Source: Candidatus Acidiferrales bacterium
GTDB taxonomy: Bacteria; Acidobacteriota; Terriglobia; Acidiferrales; UBA7541
DNA: 64,000 nt
Direction of reading: 5' to 3'
Assembly: GCA_963741365.1 (NCBI GenBank)
Contig: CAVUHY010000017.1
Location: 2,444-66,443 of the forward strand
Shown: in pieces, positions 50,907-64,000 of the stretch
Layout: each line of letters opens with the position of its first letter
How positions within the stretch are numbered: position 1 is the first letter of the stretch
The notes under the pieces: model-generated
Seen by the model: the letters and a program-made list of their open reading frames with translations, nothing else
What the model was told of the DNA's origin: nothing
Databases searched by the model: none
Translations under genes and position numbers: made by a program

Positions 50907-51278
50907 CTAAAGGCTAGCAACACTGACTGATGCGAGAACCCACTGGACGACTGCTTGGTCGTCGTTCGATAGGTCGGGAAGCCTTGTTTTCAGTACGTGG
51001 AGCAGTTCTTCATCGAAGAGTTCAGCGCGTGGTTTCTCTCCACTCTTCTCGAACAGTTCACGGTATGCGCGCGCGAAAGCGACTGCCCCTGCGCGAGACG
51101 CTATCGCGCACCTTCGAAATGCTTCAATGACGAACCCGCCGCTTCTGACGTCATTTCCCCCAAGGGAGGCAAGTTCGACCCAATAACGATTTGCCACTTC
51201 AACATTGGTGGGGTCGGAATCTAGACTTTTCTTAAGGTCGGCCAGTTTTTGTTGAATTGGATATTCGTGTTCCGCCAT
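50907..51278 (-). CDS. Hypothetical alpha-helical protein
   Basis: 123-aa ORF with GGAGG RBS. Confidence 0.6.
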   Translation of the reverse strand: MAEHEYPIQQKLADLKKSLDSDPTNVEVANRYWVELASLGGNDVRSGGFVIEAFRRCAIASRAGAVAFARAYRELFEKSGEKPRAELFDEELLHVLKTRLPDLSNDDQAVVQWVLASVSVASL

Positions 51279-51429
51279 ATCCTCCCACCGACCTTGCTAC
51301 TAAACAGTTGATTTTCGCACAAAGTACTCAAGTTCAGGAAATGCTTGTCGCTGCACCCTCCCAAGTGAGCGTGGAAGAAGGCCGAGATGGCCGCCTTCAC
51401 CTATGGCGGCCATTTCCTTTTGTCCCCAC

Positions 51430-51858
51430 TTACGATTCTTTTTCCTGCAGAGTTGCCAGATAGGCGCAAAGGTTCTTAATGCGCTGCCGTACAGCCACCT
51501 CATTAAATTTGTCACGAGCGCCGAAGATAGGCCCCCAGACTGGCATGTCCGATGAACCGTGAGCTTGGAAGGGCTTGCCAAATCGCACGATTTCGGAAAC
51601 GTAGTCTTCGGGGAATTTTCCACCATACCTCTTGGCAAGTGTTGTGAGGTCCGATGGTGGCGTCTTAAGCGCGGAGGCGGCGGGGCCCATGCCTTTTCCG
51701 TCATCGCCGTGGCACGCAGCGCAGTATTCCATATATGTCTTCTTGCCTGACGACACATCTGGCATTTCCGTTTGTATTTTGTTCGCGGACGGCATACCTT
51801 GGCCGCTGGCGGCGAAGACAACCAGAAGCAATCCGCAGGATAAAACGGTCTGGTTCAT
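51430..51858 (-). CDS. Exported monoheme cytochrome c
   Basis: Signal peptide, CAACHG heme motif, AHGSSDMPVWG axial Met region; AAGGAG RBS. Confidence 0.9.
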   Translation of the reverse strand: MNQTVLSCGLLLVVFAASGQGMPSANKIQTEMPDVSSGKKTYMEYCAACHGDDGKGMGPAASALKTPPSDLTTLAKRYGGKFPEDYVSEIVRFGKPFQAHGSSDMPVWGPIFGARDKFNEVAVRQRIKNLCAYLATLQEKES

Positions 51859-53186
51859 ATCGGTTTACTCCTTCGGGATTCACCTCCTGTTGGGTCGCAG
51901 TGAGTCTCAAGTGTTCGCTTGTGGTTTTTTTCTAGGCCTAACGAGTGCCCACGGCCCAGAAAAGTAAACCGACAACAAGCAGAACAGCGATGAGCGTGAA
52001 GTGAAAAGTGCTGGTGAGATTGAGATTAGGGAGTTTGATGGCCACCATAAAGCACCCCCTGACATTACTGTATCTCATAATGCGACGGCTTCGGGAAGTG
52101 CGGAGGGCAAACAAGCGCGTGATCCACGTCACTGGAGAATGTACGAGATGCAGCGGAATGGTCGGCTATCGGGACGTAAGATATGTGTTCGCCATAAATG
52201 GGACGAAAGCCGAAGAGGAGTTGCCCGCAGGAAGGATTAAACGGCGCTGGGACCACTGCGGGGCAGTCGGTGACTTCAATTTGCAAAATCTTCGGCCAAC
52301 TTCTGTGAAGTTTCTTATCCCAAGGCTGCCGTAGAGGGAGTGAATCCCTCCTCGGTACCGTGACAAGCGCAGCCACAAATAATTATAGGACGAGAAAGTT
52401 CAGTTAGACTTGCCCATGTGCGTATAGAGTCTCGCCACTGAAGGAACATCGGATTAATCCCGGCCTATTTTGAACGAGCCGAGAACTAAGCTGCCGTCGT
52501 TCCTGACCGGAAATGTTTTATCTTCTGTTGATGTTCCGCCCAAGCAATCGCCACGTCTAGGGATACAGGAATCCCGCAGTCTCGGTTGGTAAGAACTACA
52601 AAGTCTATGGGTAAATTCTCGCGTGCCGCTTCCCTTGGGAGACGACCTAGGCGTATCAAGTTCCCTGACATGTGCTATTTAACAGGTCTGGCGTTTGGAA
52701 TGCAGTTCCTGTCCCTGTGGTACTTGATTCTTATAGAGTACGTGCTGGGAGGGCCTCAGAGTGCGCCGAGTTCACGGCCTTCCAAGCGTCGGCGAATGTA
52801 CCCGAGAATCCAAAGAAGGAGGAGAGCAGTTACGGCCCTGTATCCAGCCGGTTTTCACTTCATACTGGAGGCCAAATTGAACGACCTCGAAAAAGCTGGT
52901 GAGATTCTCCGCAGCCACGTGAACACCCTTCAGAGGGAAACAGACCGCCTGCTTTCATTGACGATTGAATTGCCACCCGATTGCCGGTGGGAATTTGAAA
53001 AGGTTCTTCTGTCCGTGTCGAACGTGTTGTCTGCGATGCGGCAAGATATAAACGGAATATCTGCGTTTCGCGTTCGGCCTGAGTAGCGGTGGCGTGAAGA
53101 AGCCACTATTTCGCTGGCTGGATATGTCCGATTTGAGCGTTCTACGGCTGGTACCGACAGTGTTCAAAATTGAGTAGAGGTGCAAT

Positions 53187-53399
53187 ATGCAGGAAGACAT
53201 AAAACCACGGTTGGTACGTCTGGATGATTTGGTGGCCGAAACTTTAGAAGCAAAGGCTGACAAGATGCCTCCATGGGCGAAATCTCAAGCTGACATCTGG
53301 CGCGATGTTGCGAACGACTTACGGGCATCTGAGAGCACGAAGATTGTGCGGGTCTGGGAAGAACCGGAACCAAAGTCAGACTCGGCCTCTATGGGTTGA
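53187..53399 (+). CDS. Hypothetical protein (70 aa)
   Basis: GAGGTG RBS; no family recognised. Confidence 0.5.
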   Translation: MQEDIKPRLVRLDDLVAETLEAKADKMPPWAKSQADIWRDVANDLRASESTKIVRVWEEPEPKSDSASMG

Positions 53400-53607
53400 T
53401 GAAGTGGGGCCACAGCAGCTCCTCCACATAAAGTGAAGTTATGTGCTTCAAACCCTATCGCAAAAAGATTAGCCCGCTCTACTCGGTGGCGGTAAAGCTG
53501 GGTCAGACTGCGGTATACGCGCGAGAGCATGAGCTGCCTGCAATTCCAGCGATGAGCTTTCTGCTTCTGGGCCAAGTCGGAGAACGCCAAGCTGAAAGAG
53601 GCTGGCC

Positions 53608-53838
53608 GTGAAGAGAGTACAAGTGGAGTGCTACGCAGGGTTCCGCGCAAATGAGCGCCCTAGCCGGTTGACTCTAGGCGAGCAGACGTTGGAAATTGTA
53701 GAAGTGGAAGACCGATGGTATTCGCCGGGCGAGACGTATTTCCGGGTGCGCGTTGAGGGCGGCGACCGGTACGTGCTGAAGTATGTGGAGGCCCAGGACG
53801 TTTGGAACTTGGAGGCGTACCGCAGCGGGGCTAACTGA
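53608..53838 (+). CDS. Small hypothetical protein (VECYAG..ERP..DRWY..YFRV type)
   Basis: 76-aa beta-rich ORF with GAGG RBS; its 3' end is duplicated at 41608-41672. Confidence 0.7.
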   Translation: MKRVQVECYAGFRANERPSRLTLGEQTLEIVEVEDRWYSPGETYFRVRVEGGDRYVLKYVEAQDVWNLEAYRSGAN

Positions 53839-53850
53839 AGCGAGTGGACA

Positions 53851-54090
53851 TTAGGCGATAGCCTTCTTTGCTTGCGCTCTGAATTTTGCCCAGCGCTTCT
53901 TAGTAGCTTTTGAAATCTTTGCTCTCGCTGCGGCGGACAGCACACGTTTCTTGGCAGTGGTTAAGTCCCGATTCGCCGATTTACCCAGAGCCTTCGCCGC
54001 CGATTGCAGGCTAATCAAATCATGTTGTAGCCTAGCCAACTGCTTTTTGACCTTTCTCTCTTCCCGACTAATTGCCGCCAAAATGTTCAT
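53851..54090 (-). CDS. Small basic putative DNA-binding protein
   Basis: N-terminal coiled coil plus KRVLSAAARAKISKATKKRWAK; GGAGG RBS. Confidence 0.75.
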   Translation of the reverse strand: MNILAAISREERKVKKQLARLQHDLISLQSAAKALGKSANRDLTTAKKRVLSAAARAKISKATKKRWAKFRAQAKKAIA

Positions 54091-54202
54091 AGGTCCTCCA
54101 GAAACAATCTACCTTAGGGAACCCATTCCACCAAATCGTGCACCTTCTGGATTTCTTACCCAATTCGCCAGCAGAAGGTCTGATGTGAATTTTAAACTCG
54201 GG

Positions 54203-54277
54203 GTACCGAAAGCTGAACTAATCTCGGCAAGGAGAATTGTGGCAAGGTTGTGGCAAGAATCCTGACTTCAGTGCCAA
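54203..54277 (+). repeat. Very short kinase-TPR 3' tip plus copy 2 of the GAGAATTGTGGCAA tandem repeat
   Basis: TACCGAAAGCTGAACTAA (Y-R-K-L-N-*) then the 46-bp repeat matching 45198-45243. Confidence 0.8.
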
Positions 54278-54452
54278 GGATTAGCGTGCATCGCAATCTT
54301 TGACGAGTTGGTTTCCAGATTAGCCTCGGGGCATCAAGCGCGAGGCTGATTGTGTCTCGCTGATTAGTCAGCAGCCTGCGAAGTTGGCGGAGAAGGCGCG
54401 TCTCAAATATCCAGAACGCAGAGCTAAGAAGAGAAGCCAATAGAGCAGCTTT

Positions 54453-54692
54453 TTAGAGATTCAATTTCCATTTTATTAGAGCGTGGCGTGCTTCGCTCTG
54501 TAGGGTGCGAACCCGCGCCAGCGCTTCGGAAAGCGCTCCCACTTCCGCGGAACCTAGACTGTACGAGACCGCCATGATTCGCCCGATGATAGTCACTTCT
54601 GCCTGCCGGATTTTTGCTCCCATTTCATCTGGGTTGCGTTCGCGGATTGCATCCTGTAACGCCGATTGCCACGCATAACTCGTTCCCTGCAT
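54453..54692 (-). CDS. Small three-helix hypothetical protein
   Basis: WQSALQDAIRE.N....KI..AE..I..R..E..AL..AL pattern shared with the neighbouring gene. Confidence 0.6.
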   Translation of the reverse strand: MQGTSYAWQSALQDAIRERNPDEMGAKIRQAEVTIIGRIMAVSYSLGSAEVGALSEALARVRTLQSEARHALIKWKLNL

Positions 54693-54795
54693 AAACCGCT
54701 CCCCACTGGTGTCACCTACGACAGGGGATTTTGCTTCGCGGGGGATTTGGGACGCCGCGATACTACTAACGAAATCAGTCCGCTTGGCCTCTTCG

Positions 54796-55050
54796 TTATT
54801 GATGAAACGACAATCTACCTGACGAAATCAGTTCTTCCTGGTGCAACAGCCGCTTCCAGTCGAACGCTCTGAGGCCATCGAGCGCTTCGAACAGCGCATC
54901 CTCTTCCTTTCGGTCCATACTCGCCGGAGAAACGAGCCGTTCGAGAATAGCCAGCCTCGCTAAACCAATCTTGCTTTCGACTGTGTCTGGTTCGGTTTCG
55001 TGAATCGAGCTTTGAAAAGCGCGTTGCCAGGAGAACCCACATTCTAGCAT
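54796..55050 (-). CDS. Small three-helix hypothetical protein, paralog of 54453..54692
   Basis: WQRAFQSSIHE.E....KI..A..AI..R..E.DAL.EAL; ATG at 55050 preceded by GGAGG. Confidence 0.6.
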   Translation of the reverse strand: MLECGFSWQRAFQSSIHETEPDTVESKIGLARLAILERLVSPASMDRKEEDALFEALDGLRAFDWKRLLHQEELISSGRLSFHQ

Positions 55051-55322
55051 GGCAGCCTCCGGGGGCTGAGGCATGAGTGGCAGGGCTTTTATGATGCTAC
55101 GCTCCCGGCCAGCCGGATTCACTAGGGTATTTCCTGTAAAATGACCGCATGAACTGGTGGGAGTGGTTTTTAGCCGCATCGGTGCATCCATCGTCATTTT
55201 ATTCCTTCAGCGGTGGCTCAGGTCTTCTCCAGAGCGCAAGGCAAGCCTGACGGCTCACGGCGCAAAAAGTCACAGCCTCACCCGTGGCGAGCGGACTGGC
55301 ATAACGCAGACCATTGGGTGAA

Positions 55323-55436
55323 TCACGCTCTGGAAAGACGCCGACCTGATATTCCTATTCTCATCGCTGCCAAATCCGAATACGCGAAGCTGAAGTGATT
55401 CCGTCGCTGAGAATTGTGACGCAGGTGTGACGCAAA
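55323..55436 (+). repeat. Orphan kinase-TPR 3'-end fragment plus GAGAATTGTG and tandem TGTGACGCA
   Basis: ACGCTCTGGAAAGACGCCGACCTGATATTCCTATTCTCATCGCTGCCAAATCCGAATACGCGAAGCTGAAGTGA then GAGAATTGTGACGCAGGTGTGACGCAAA. Confidence 0.9.
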
Positions 55437-56233
55437 CTCCTACTGCCTCTTTTCGAAAAGGACCCTTGGAACAACTTTGGAGCATCTGAGGGAGAAAGTG
55501 CGCGTGAAGCCCGAAAACCCTGGAATATCCATAGCCGACGGTTAATCGGGACCTGTGCAATTTTGGACAGATTCGGTCTCCGCAAAAAGATAGATTGCAA
55601 ATGGTCTCAGTGATACTTCAACTCGTCCCGGCCTGCGACACTCCTTCACCTGACCGATAAACAATGTCGCAGGCCTTCTTTTGGAGAAACTTTTCAGTAC
55701 CTTACCGGTGTCGTATCCCTCTCAAAAGAACATTTCCCAGTCCATCCAGCTGAATCCCAGAATCCCACGCACAGTTGTTTGAATCGTTTGTCTTGATGCC
55801 AACTCATGTGTACCAACTGAGGCAGGATTTTCAGTTTTCGGGCGATGCAAGTGCGACACCCACATCAGCAAAGTTCGTCTGGAGGAGCGAGTCCCAGTCC
55901 GGTAACGCGACGCAATCAGGAGTTGGGACTGTACGTCCAGGCGATTTGCCTTGACACCAGCGACTTAAAAGCAGAGTGTCGCCCCCAAGGCCGTACCCAT
56001 CCAAGTAGCAAATTCGTTGACGGCTCGACCGAAACGGCCCTTCGAGCATCGCTCATTCTATTAAGTTCCTTGAAGAGGTAGCTGACGGCTCGCGTTTGGT
56101 CAATCATTCCAACTGGGCGGTCAAGTGCCTCGTTTCGTCACGGGGCACGTTGCCGAATAGTTTCGGGCAAGAAAATAGTTTCAAGTGGTTAAACCTGCCG
56201 GGTGTGTATCTTTTGATGTGAAGGAAAGCTGTG

Positions 56234-56614
56234 ATGCCCTTCTACTACAAAATTGATAAAGAACGCAGACTGGTGATGAGCACGGGGGCTGGTGTGCTCA
56301 CCGTGGCTAATTCGTTGGCGCATCAAGACGAACTCCTGAAGGACCCCGATTTCGACTCCAGCTTTTTTCAGTTAATGGACTTGACCCACGTCACCAAACT
56401 AGAGCACACCGATGAGGATGTGCGCAGGGTCGCCCAACGGTCCGTATTCTCACCCAATTCTCGCAGGGCCATCCTAGTGAGTGCCGACGAGGCGTTTGGA
56501 GTCGTCCGAATGTTCCAGGTGCTTCGTGAGAGTTTGGGTGAAAATGGAATTCGCGTCTTTCGAGACCTCGACGACGCACTTGAATGGGTTCTGGTCAAAA
56601 ACGCCACGGCTTGA
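56234..56614 (+). CDS. SpoIIAA/STAS-like hypothetical protein
   Basis: YKIDKERRLV..DPDFD..RRAILV..FG..RMF..VFRDLDDALEWV pattern. Confidence 0.65.
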   Translation: MPFYYKIDKERRLVMSTGAGVLTVANSLAHQDELLKDPDFDSSFFQLMDLTHVTKLEHTDEDVRRVAQRSVFSPNSRRAILVSADEAFGVVRMFQVLRESLGENGIRVFRDLDDALEWVLVKNATA

Positions 56615-56814
56615 ACTACGTAATCGAACTTCCGCAAACCCGCACCCTCGGCGGCAAAGCCGGGTTTGGTGAAGGTGTCTCCGATTTGGCAAGTCGAATC
56701 CGTATAGATAATTCTTTCCCTCTCACTGATAACCAGAGTAGGTGGATTCGTTTTAATATGAGTTAGCCCGAGATGTAAAAATCACTTGGTCAGATGCGCA
56801 GCCAGGAGGGGTCG

Positions 56815-57213
56815 ATGCGTCCGAACACCGATGGCATTCTTGAATCCTCATTGTACGTGAACGATGTGCCCCGCTCAGTGCGCTTCTACGAAGACACTTT
56901 CGGGTTCCGTGTCATTAGCGAGTTCGGCGAACGTGGTTGCGCGATGCACGCAGGTACACGCCAGGTGCTACTGCTGTTCAAGAAGGGAGCATCGCGCGCG
57001 ATTGAATCGCCTCACGATGGGGACGGCGAATTACATGTCGCGTTCGCTATCCCATCTGCGGAATTGGCCGACTGGGAGTCGTGGCTCCGAACGAAGGGAA
57101 TCACGGTGGAAGAGAAGCGGACGTGGGAATTGGGAGGCACAAGCCTCTACTTTCGAGACCCGGACCGTCATTTGGTTGAACTCGCCACGCCAGGCATATG
57201 GTCGGTCTATTAA
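56815..57213 (+). CDS. VOC/glyoxalase-family protein
   Basis: LESSLYV.D..RFY, HVAF and SLYFRDPD.HLVEL motifs; AGGAGG RBS. Confidence 0.88.
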   Translation: MRPNTDGILESSLYVNDVPRSVRFYEDTFGFRVISEFGERGCAMHAGTRQVLLLFKKGASRAIESPHDGDGELHVAFAIPSAELADWESWLRTKGITVEEKRTWELGGTSLYFRDPDRHLVELATPGIWSVY

Positions 57214-57353
57214 AAAGTGATGGCCGGTAACCGGGCACTTAGAACATCTCAGATATGCTGCATCTCAGAATTTTCCCTGTGGCGCCAATAATGGTCCACG
57301 AGCAGTTTGTCTTCGTTGACTCGCCTCTTATTGCAACCTAACATGTGCTGCAT

Positions 57354-60032
<2,679 letters not shown>

Positions 60033-60076
60033 ATCCTATTTCCTGAAACAGAATTGGCGCAGTGGTGCACCCCAGT

Positions 60077-60242
60077 GCGATGCAAGCAAGCTGAACAGGT
60101 AAAGGCGCGAAAGGCGTACCTGATTTCCTCATGCTCTGGAAAGACGCGGACCCTGATATCCCCATTCTCATCGCTGCAAGCGGAATACGCGGGGCTGAAG
60201 TGATTTGGTGAGAGAAGACTGGTGCAAGTTGCGTTGCAAGTT
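60077..60242 (+). repeat. Orphan kinase-TPR 3'-end fragment plus arm-like tandem repeat at the island right end
   Basis: ..GATTTCCTCATGCTCTGGAAAGACGCGGACCCTGATATCCCCATTCTCATCGCTGCAAGCGGAATACGCGGGGCTGAAGTGA then CTGGTGCAAGTT-GCGTTGCAAGTT (60219-60242). Confidence 0.9.
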
Positions 60243-60325
60243 CCACTCCCGACCAAGCCCGAAAGAGCAGGGAAGAGACCAAACTGAAGAGATTGAGAAC
60301 AAATAAGATGGGGAATATCAGACTA

Positions 60326-60376
60326 ATTCGTAATCGGCAGGTCGTGGGTTCAACTCCCACTCTCGGCTCCACTATC
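60326..60376 (+). repeat. att site: duplicated 3' half of tRNA-Thr
   Basis: ATTCGTAATCGGCAGGTCGTGGGTTCAACTCCCACTCTCGGCTCCACTATC, identical to 34415-34465. Confidence 0.96.
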
Positions 60377-60380
60377 TGCC

Positions 60381-61673
60381 GGGTCCAACCCGGAGACATG
60401 GGTGACACAACGTACCTAAGACATGGGTAACACTTTTGGGCCGAACGGATTTTCAAGCGGTTCGAGCACCCGAGTCTCCAGATCGAAGTATCCCAGATCA
60501 TAATCCATAAAGCTCACCAGCCAAATATCGTCGTGGACTTCTTTGATGCCCACCGCTTGGCCGGCAAAGACCTGGCTGAAATTGATTTTCTTCTTGCCCA
60601 GACAGATGCGCCCGCAACGGGTGACCACGATGGTTTTATCGTGGAGGGGATAGTCGATGTCCGGCAATCCGCTGTAGGGACGCGGAGAAGGTTGATAGAT
60701 CTCCGCCGGACATTTCATGTCCAGAGCTTCGTGGGGACGTTCGTTGTTGAAGACCTCGATAAATTTGTCGAAGCGCGCCTGCTGCTGAAGAAAATTTGCG
60801 GCGGCCGGCTTGGTAGCCTCTTTCTTCAAGGTCAGATGCATGCGCTCATGACGACCGTTTTGTTGCGGGTGGCCCGGTTTGATGCGCTCAATACCAATTC
60901 CCAACCGCAGCCACCACACGGCAAGCTTGCTGAGGTTGAATAAGGCGTGCGCGGAAGCAAAGGGCACACCGTTATCGCTGCGGATGTTGGCCGGCAGGCC
61001 GCGCTCCTTAAAAAGCCGCTCAAACACTGTGAAAGCATAGTCTTCTTTCGTGGAAGAGAGGGCTTCACAGGTGAGGAGATAGCGGCTGGCATGATCGGTG
61101 ACGGTTAGCGGGTAGCAGTATTGGTGATTTCCCAGCAAGAACTCGCCTTTGTAATCAGTGCACCACAGCTCATTGGGTCGCTGGCCTAACGAGAGCGGCG
61201 TCCCTTGGGCGCGACGACGCACGCGACCGCGGCGTTCCACCAGGCCGCAGCGATCCAGCACCGCATGGATGGTACTTTTGGCCGGGATGGGAATACCGGA
61301 GAACCGGCGCAGCAAGCGCTCACGGATTTTGCGAGCACCCCAGCTGGGGTGCTCGTGCTTTACGTTCAAGATGAAGTTTTCGACCTGGAACGGAAGTTGG
61401 TTGGCGTAGCGATACGGACGTCGGCTTCTGTCCGTGAGCCCCTGCATCCCGCATTCCTGATAGCGATCGAAGATCTTATAGCCGGTCTTGCGAGAGATGC
61501 CAAACTCCCTGCAAAGTTCTGCCATCCCCTCGCCGGCTAGCCGGCGAGCCACAAACTGCAGTCTTTCATCCATTACCGAACACTCCTTCCAAGGCATCAC
61601 TCCCTCCCCTTTACGGGGAAAAGTGTCACCTATGTGTCCGGTACAATGTGTTACCTATGTCTCAGGCCGCTCA
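60381..61673 (-). mobile_element. IS481-type insertion sequence (copy 2, a distinct element)
   Basis: Subterminal inverted motifs GACATGGGT(G/A)ACAC x2 (left) with counterparts at the right end; right end ..CGCTCA; flanking 3-bp duplication GCC. The left tip reads GGG rather than TG. Confidence 0.85.
60416..61600 (-). CDS. IS481-family DDE transposase
   Basis: MPWKE..LCREFGISRKTGYK, WCTDYKG, IRSDNG and NGRHERMH; homologous to, but clearly diverged from, 34517..35689. Confidence 0.94.
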   Translation of the reverse strand: MMPWKECSVMDERLQFVARRLAGEGMAELCREFGISRKTGYKIFDRYQECGMQGLTDRSRRPYRYANQLPFQVENFILNVKHEHPSWGARKIRERLLRRFSGIPIPAKSTIHAVLDRCGLVERRGRVRRRAQGTPLSLGQRPNELWCTDYKGEFLLGNHQYCYPLTVTDHASRYLLTCEALSSTKEDYAFTVFERLFKERGLPANIRSDNGVPFASAHALFNLSKLAVWWLRLGIGIERIKPGHPQQNGRHERMHLTLKKEATKPAAANFLQQQARFDKFIEVFNNERPHEALDMKCPAEIYQPSPRPYSGLPDIDYPLHDKTIVVTRCGRICLGKKKINFSQVFAGQAVGIKEVHDDIWLVSFMDYDLGYFDLETRVLEPLENPFGPKVLPMS

Positions 61674-61674
61674 G

Positions 61675-61900
61675 CCTTACGAATCAATAGCTTGGCAATT
61701 TCAGTTCACGACCCATCCCTCATTTGGTGCAAGATTGGTGCAAGTTAGCTCAAATTTGCTTCAGTTTTCACCTCAGGCCGGTTCCCGCACCTTAAATCCT
61801 TCTCCGGTTTTTGCGTTTACCGGGACTTACTGAAAAAAACACGGGAGGTCGGGCCGCTTTCACTCACACCCTATTCATGACGCAATGCCACCATGGGGTC
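61675..61900 (+). repeat. Island left-end module, copy 2 (226 bp)
   Basis: Near-identical to 35775-36000; similarity stops after the codons for DPMVALRHE* (minus strand). Confidence 0.95.
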
Positions 61901-61962
61901 TGTTTACCAGGAGTTGTTATTCGTACTGGGTCGTAGCTGTCTAGCGGATTCCAGCGACGGTT

Positions 61963-62583
61963 CTAATTGTGGAGGAAGACCGCGCTTTCGTACTCAATCG
62001 GTTTGCCCCCGCACCATCGGACCGGAAATCTTGCCTTGCGAGACCAATCCACCATCGCCTGGTCCATCTTGTCGCCGGACGAACGAATCGGCCTGAGTAT
62101 CTTGATGCGGCCGTCAGTTCCAACTAAGACGTAGTAAACGAGAATACGAGGCGACGCATCAACCTGAAACGCGGGAGGAGCGGGGTCGATGGAGCCCTTC
62201 TCAGTTGGATTAGCGCACCACGGCAGGAAGGTTGAAGTCGGAGCAGGCGTGAAAATTTCGTCCGCAAAACTTGTCGTCGACTCAAGCGTCTCGACATCTA
62301 AACTAAACTCCTCATCCTCTTGACGCCGACTGATGCGTTGTGGAAATTGCTTTTCACCAAGTTTGATAAAGCCGCTCAATCTCAAGTCGAATTTGTCATC
62401 CGAGGTCTTCCAGGCAAGGGTCATTATCTCGGCCTGACTTGTATTAGGGTCTATACATAATTGTTCATCAACCCGGTTCCGGGTTGAATCAATACAGGTC
62501 AAGGTCTTGCCATGCGCACTGCTTGAATACACTCGGCGTGCTTTGGGAGTTGGCCCGTAGAACGTTTGAATTGAGCCATGCAA
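61963..62583 (-). pseudogene. Probably 5'-truncated TonB C-terminal domain protein
   Basis: VLVGTDGRI..RSSG..MDQA....ARF....GGKPI TonB_C-like end; no signal peptide; abuts another truncated gene. Confidence 0.55.
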
Positions 62584-62602
62584 AGTTCGGCGGGGCCGAA
62601 TT

Positions 62603-64000
62603 TTGTCATCGGGGAGCAGGGCAGTTCACGAATTCTCTGCAGAAGCTACCGCACGCTCGGTCGCGATGGCTCACCCGGCAGCGGGACTTACACGAAAGAA
62701 GTACGTTCTCTTGGCCGCTTGTTTCGCACTCCTGGCGGCAGCCTTTGCTGCGTATCACTTTTGGCCGCGCTCGAACCCTTCGAGTGTCCCCGCAAAGATT
62801 ACGCAAATAAGCCAGTGGAACAAACCGATGGGAGACGCGGCACTCTCTCCCGATGGCCATGCCGTGGCGTTTGCCTCACCAGTAGGCGGCGTCGCGCAAG
62901 TGTTCCTGATGCTTACCTCTGGTGGCGAGCCTCTCCAACTTACGCATGACGAAGGCGACAAGAGTGTCGATAGCTTTTCACCCGACGGCAAAGAGGTCTA
63001 TTACGGGAGGTCTCGCGACCGCGACGAGGTCTGGGCGGTGCCTACGCTCGGTGGGGCTCCCCGCAGTGTGGTGTCTGCCAGCTTTGTGGTTCCCTCTCCG
63101 GATGGTGCGTTTGTTTATTATGCGAAGTCTGATAGCGCCGGACTTTTTCGTGCAGGGAAATCCGGACTGAACGAAGAATTAGTGTACAACCCTAAAGTCA
63201 CTGGCACGTTCTTCTACATGGCTCTGCTATTTCTCGGCGGCAACGACCTGCTCGCTGTTGGTGGTCGCGCAGAGGACTCGCCGAATTTCCATTTATACAG
63301 AGTAAACGTAACCCGCCATGAAGCAGTTGATTTAGGTGAGGTCTCCGGGAATGGTGACGTCGTGTGGGCCGAACCAGGAAAAACCGTGCTGTTCAGCAGG
63401 ACGATAAACGGGCTGACAAACATCTGGAAGTACAGCTTACAGGACCGGAGTCTGACGCAAATTACCTTCGGAACGGGACCGGACTACAACCCCATGCCAG
63501 ACCCAGCTGGAAAAGGGATTTACTATGTGAATGGCAAATCTTCGGGATTCCTGACCGCGTACCACGTTCATTCAAAGGAATCGACGGACATCGTGTCGGA
63601 GGACGCAACTCAGCCCATCATCTCACCGGATGGGAAGCGTGTGATGTACATCACGGTCCCCGCACCCCAGAGGACCGAACTCTGGGTGTCGGACATCGAC
63701 GGGGGCAACAAAGTGAAACTCGCCACCGGAGCATACCTGGGAACAGGGACTTGGGGTCAGACAATTTTCGCCTGTCTTTTTCAGATTTCAGCGCAGGCGC
63801 CAAAATCTACATTGTCGGGGCCGATGGCAGCGGTCTTCGTCAGCTTCCACTTACGTTAGGAGGCGTCGAGTATTCGCTATTGAGCCCTGACCAGAAAACC
63901 ATTTACGTGACTGGCCAAGAGAAGGGGAGCTCGATACAGACCGTTTGGAGAGTGAACACGGACGGTTCGAATCCGGAGAAGTTCGTGGATAACTGTGGCA
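62603..64000 (+). pseudogene. Kinase-less paralog of the kinase-PD40 gene; frameshift near 63755; runs off the window
   Basis: Colinear with 57354..60032 from the linker onward ([47 protein letters not shown]), but the kinase domain is absent. Confidence 0.85.

Noticed and set aside
41300-57300. Classical integron cassette array
   Set aside because: The small ORFs are in mixed orientations, I found no convincing RYYYAAC..GTTRRRY attC hairpins, and the integrase is phage-type with a xis rather than IntI.
60326-60371. Second tRNA-Thr gene
   Set aside because: Only the 3' half from the anticodon loop is present, with no 5' acceptor strand or D arm; it is the att duplication.

Overview
This is a bacterial chromosome segment, most likely Acidobacteriota (inferred from the ADOP permease, kinase-TPR and kinase-PD40 families, a split F0 operon and nuo gene order). 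Bases 1-34.4 kb are housekeeping backbone: the end of one complex I cluster (nuoL-M-N) running into F0 ATP synthase genes, and a convergent second cluster nuoA-C-D-EF-G-H-J-K-L-M-N with no nuoB or nuoI. These are followed by thiS, ribA, a LytS-type kinase, bshA, an Hfq-like gene, holB, tmk, yggS, an old yellow enzyme and others. Several core genes carry single-base frameshifts that look like long-read errors. From tRNA-Thr(CGT) at 34386-34460 onward the window is accessory DNA. A ~25.9 kb integrative island is bounded by a 51-bp tRNA 3' direct repeat (34415-34465 / 60326-60376) and carries a tyrosine integrase plus excisionase. A second tandem unit starts at ~60.4 kb. The most unusual features are as follows. 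(i) Both units start with the same ~226-bp end module, which ends in the 3' tip of an ADOP permease gene, and each has a different IS481-type element inserted at almost the same base. (ii) The last codons of a kinase-TPR gene (DADxDIPILIAAKAEYAKL*) recur six times on the same strand with variable 5' truncation. Most copies are followed by a GAGAATTGTG-like motif and tandem integrase-arm-like repeats, and one sits directly before the att core. This suggests a mobile system that uses conserved gene 3' ends as element termini or recombination points. That model is inference and needs comparative genomics. All family assignments are from motif recognition, not database searches.
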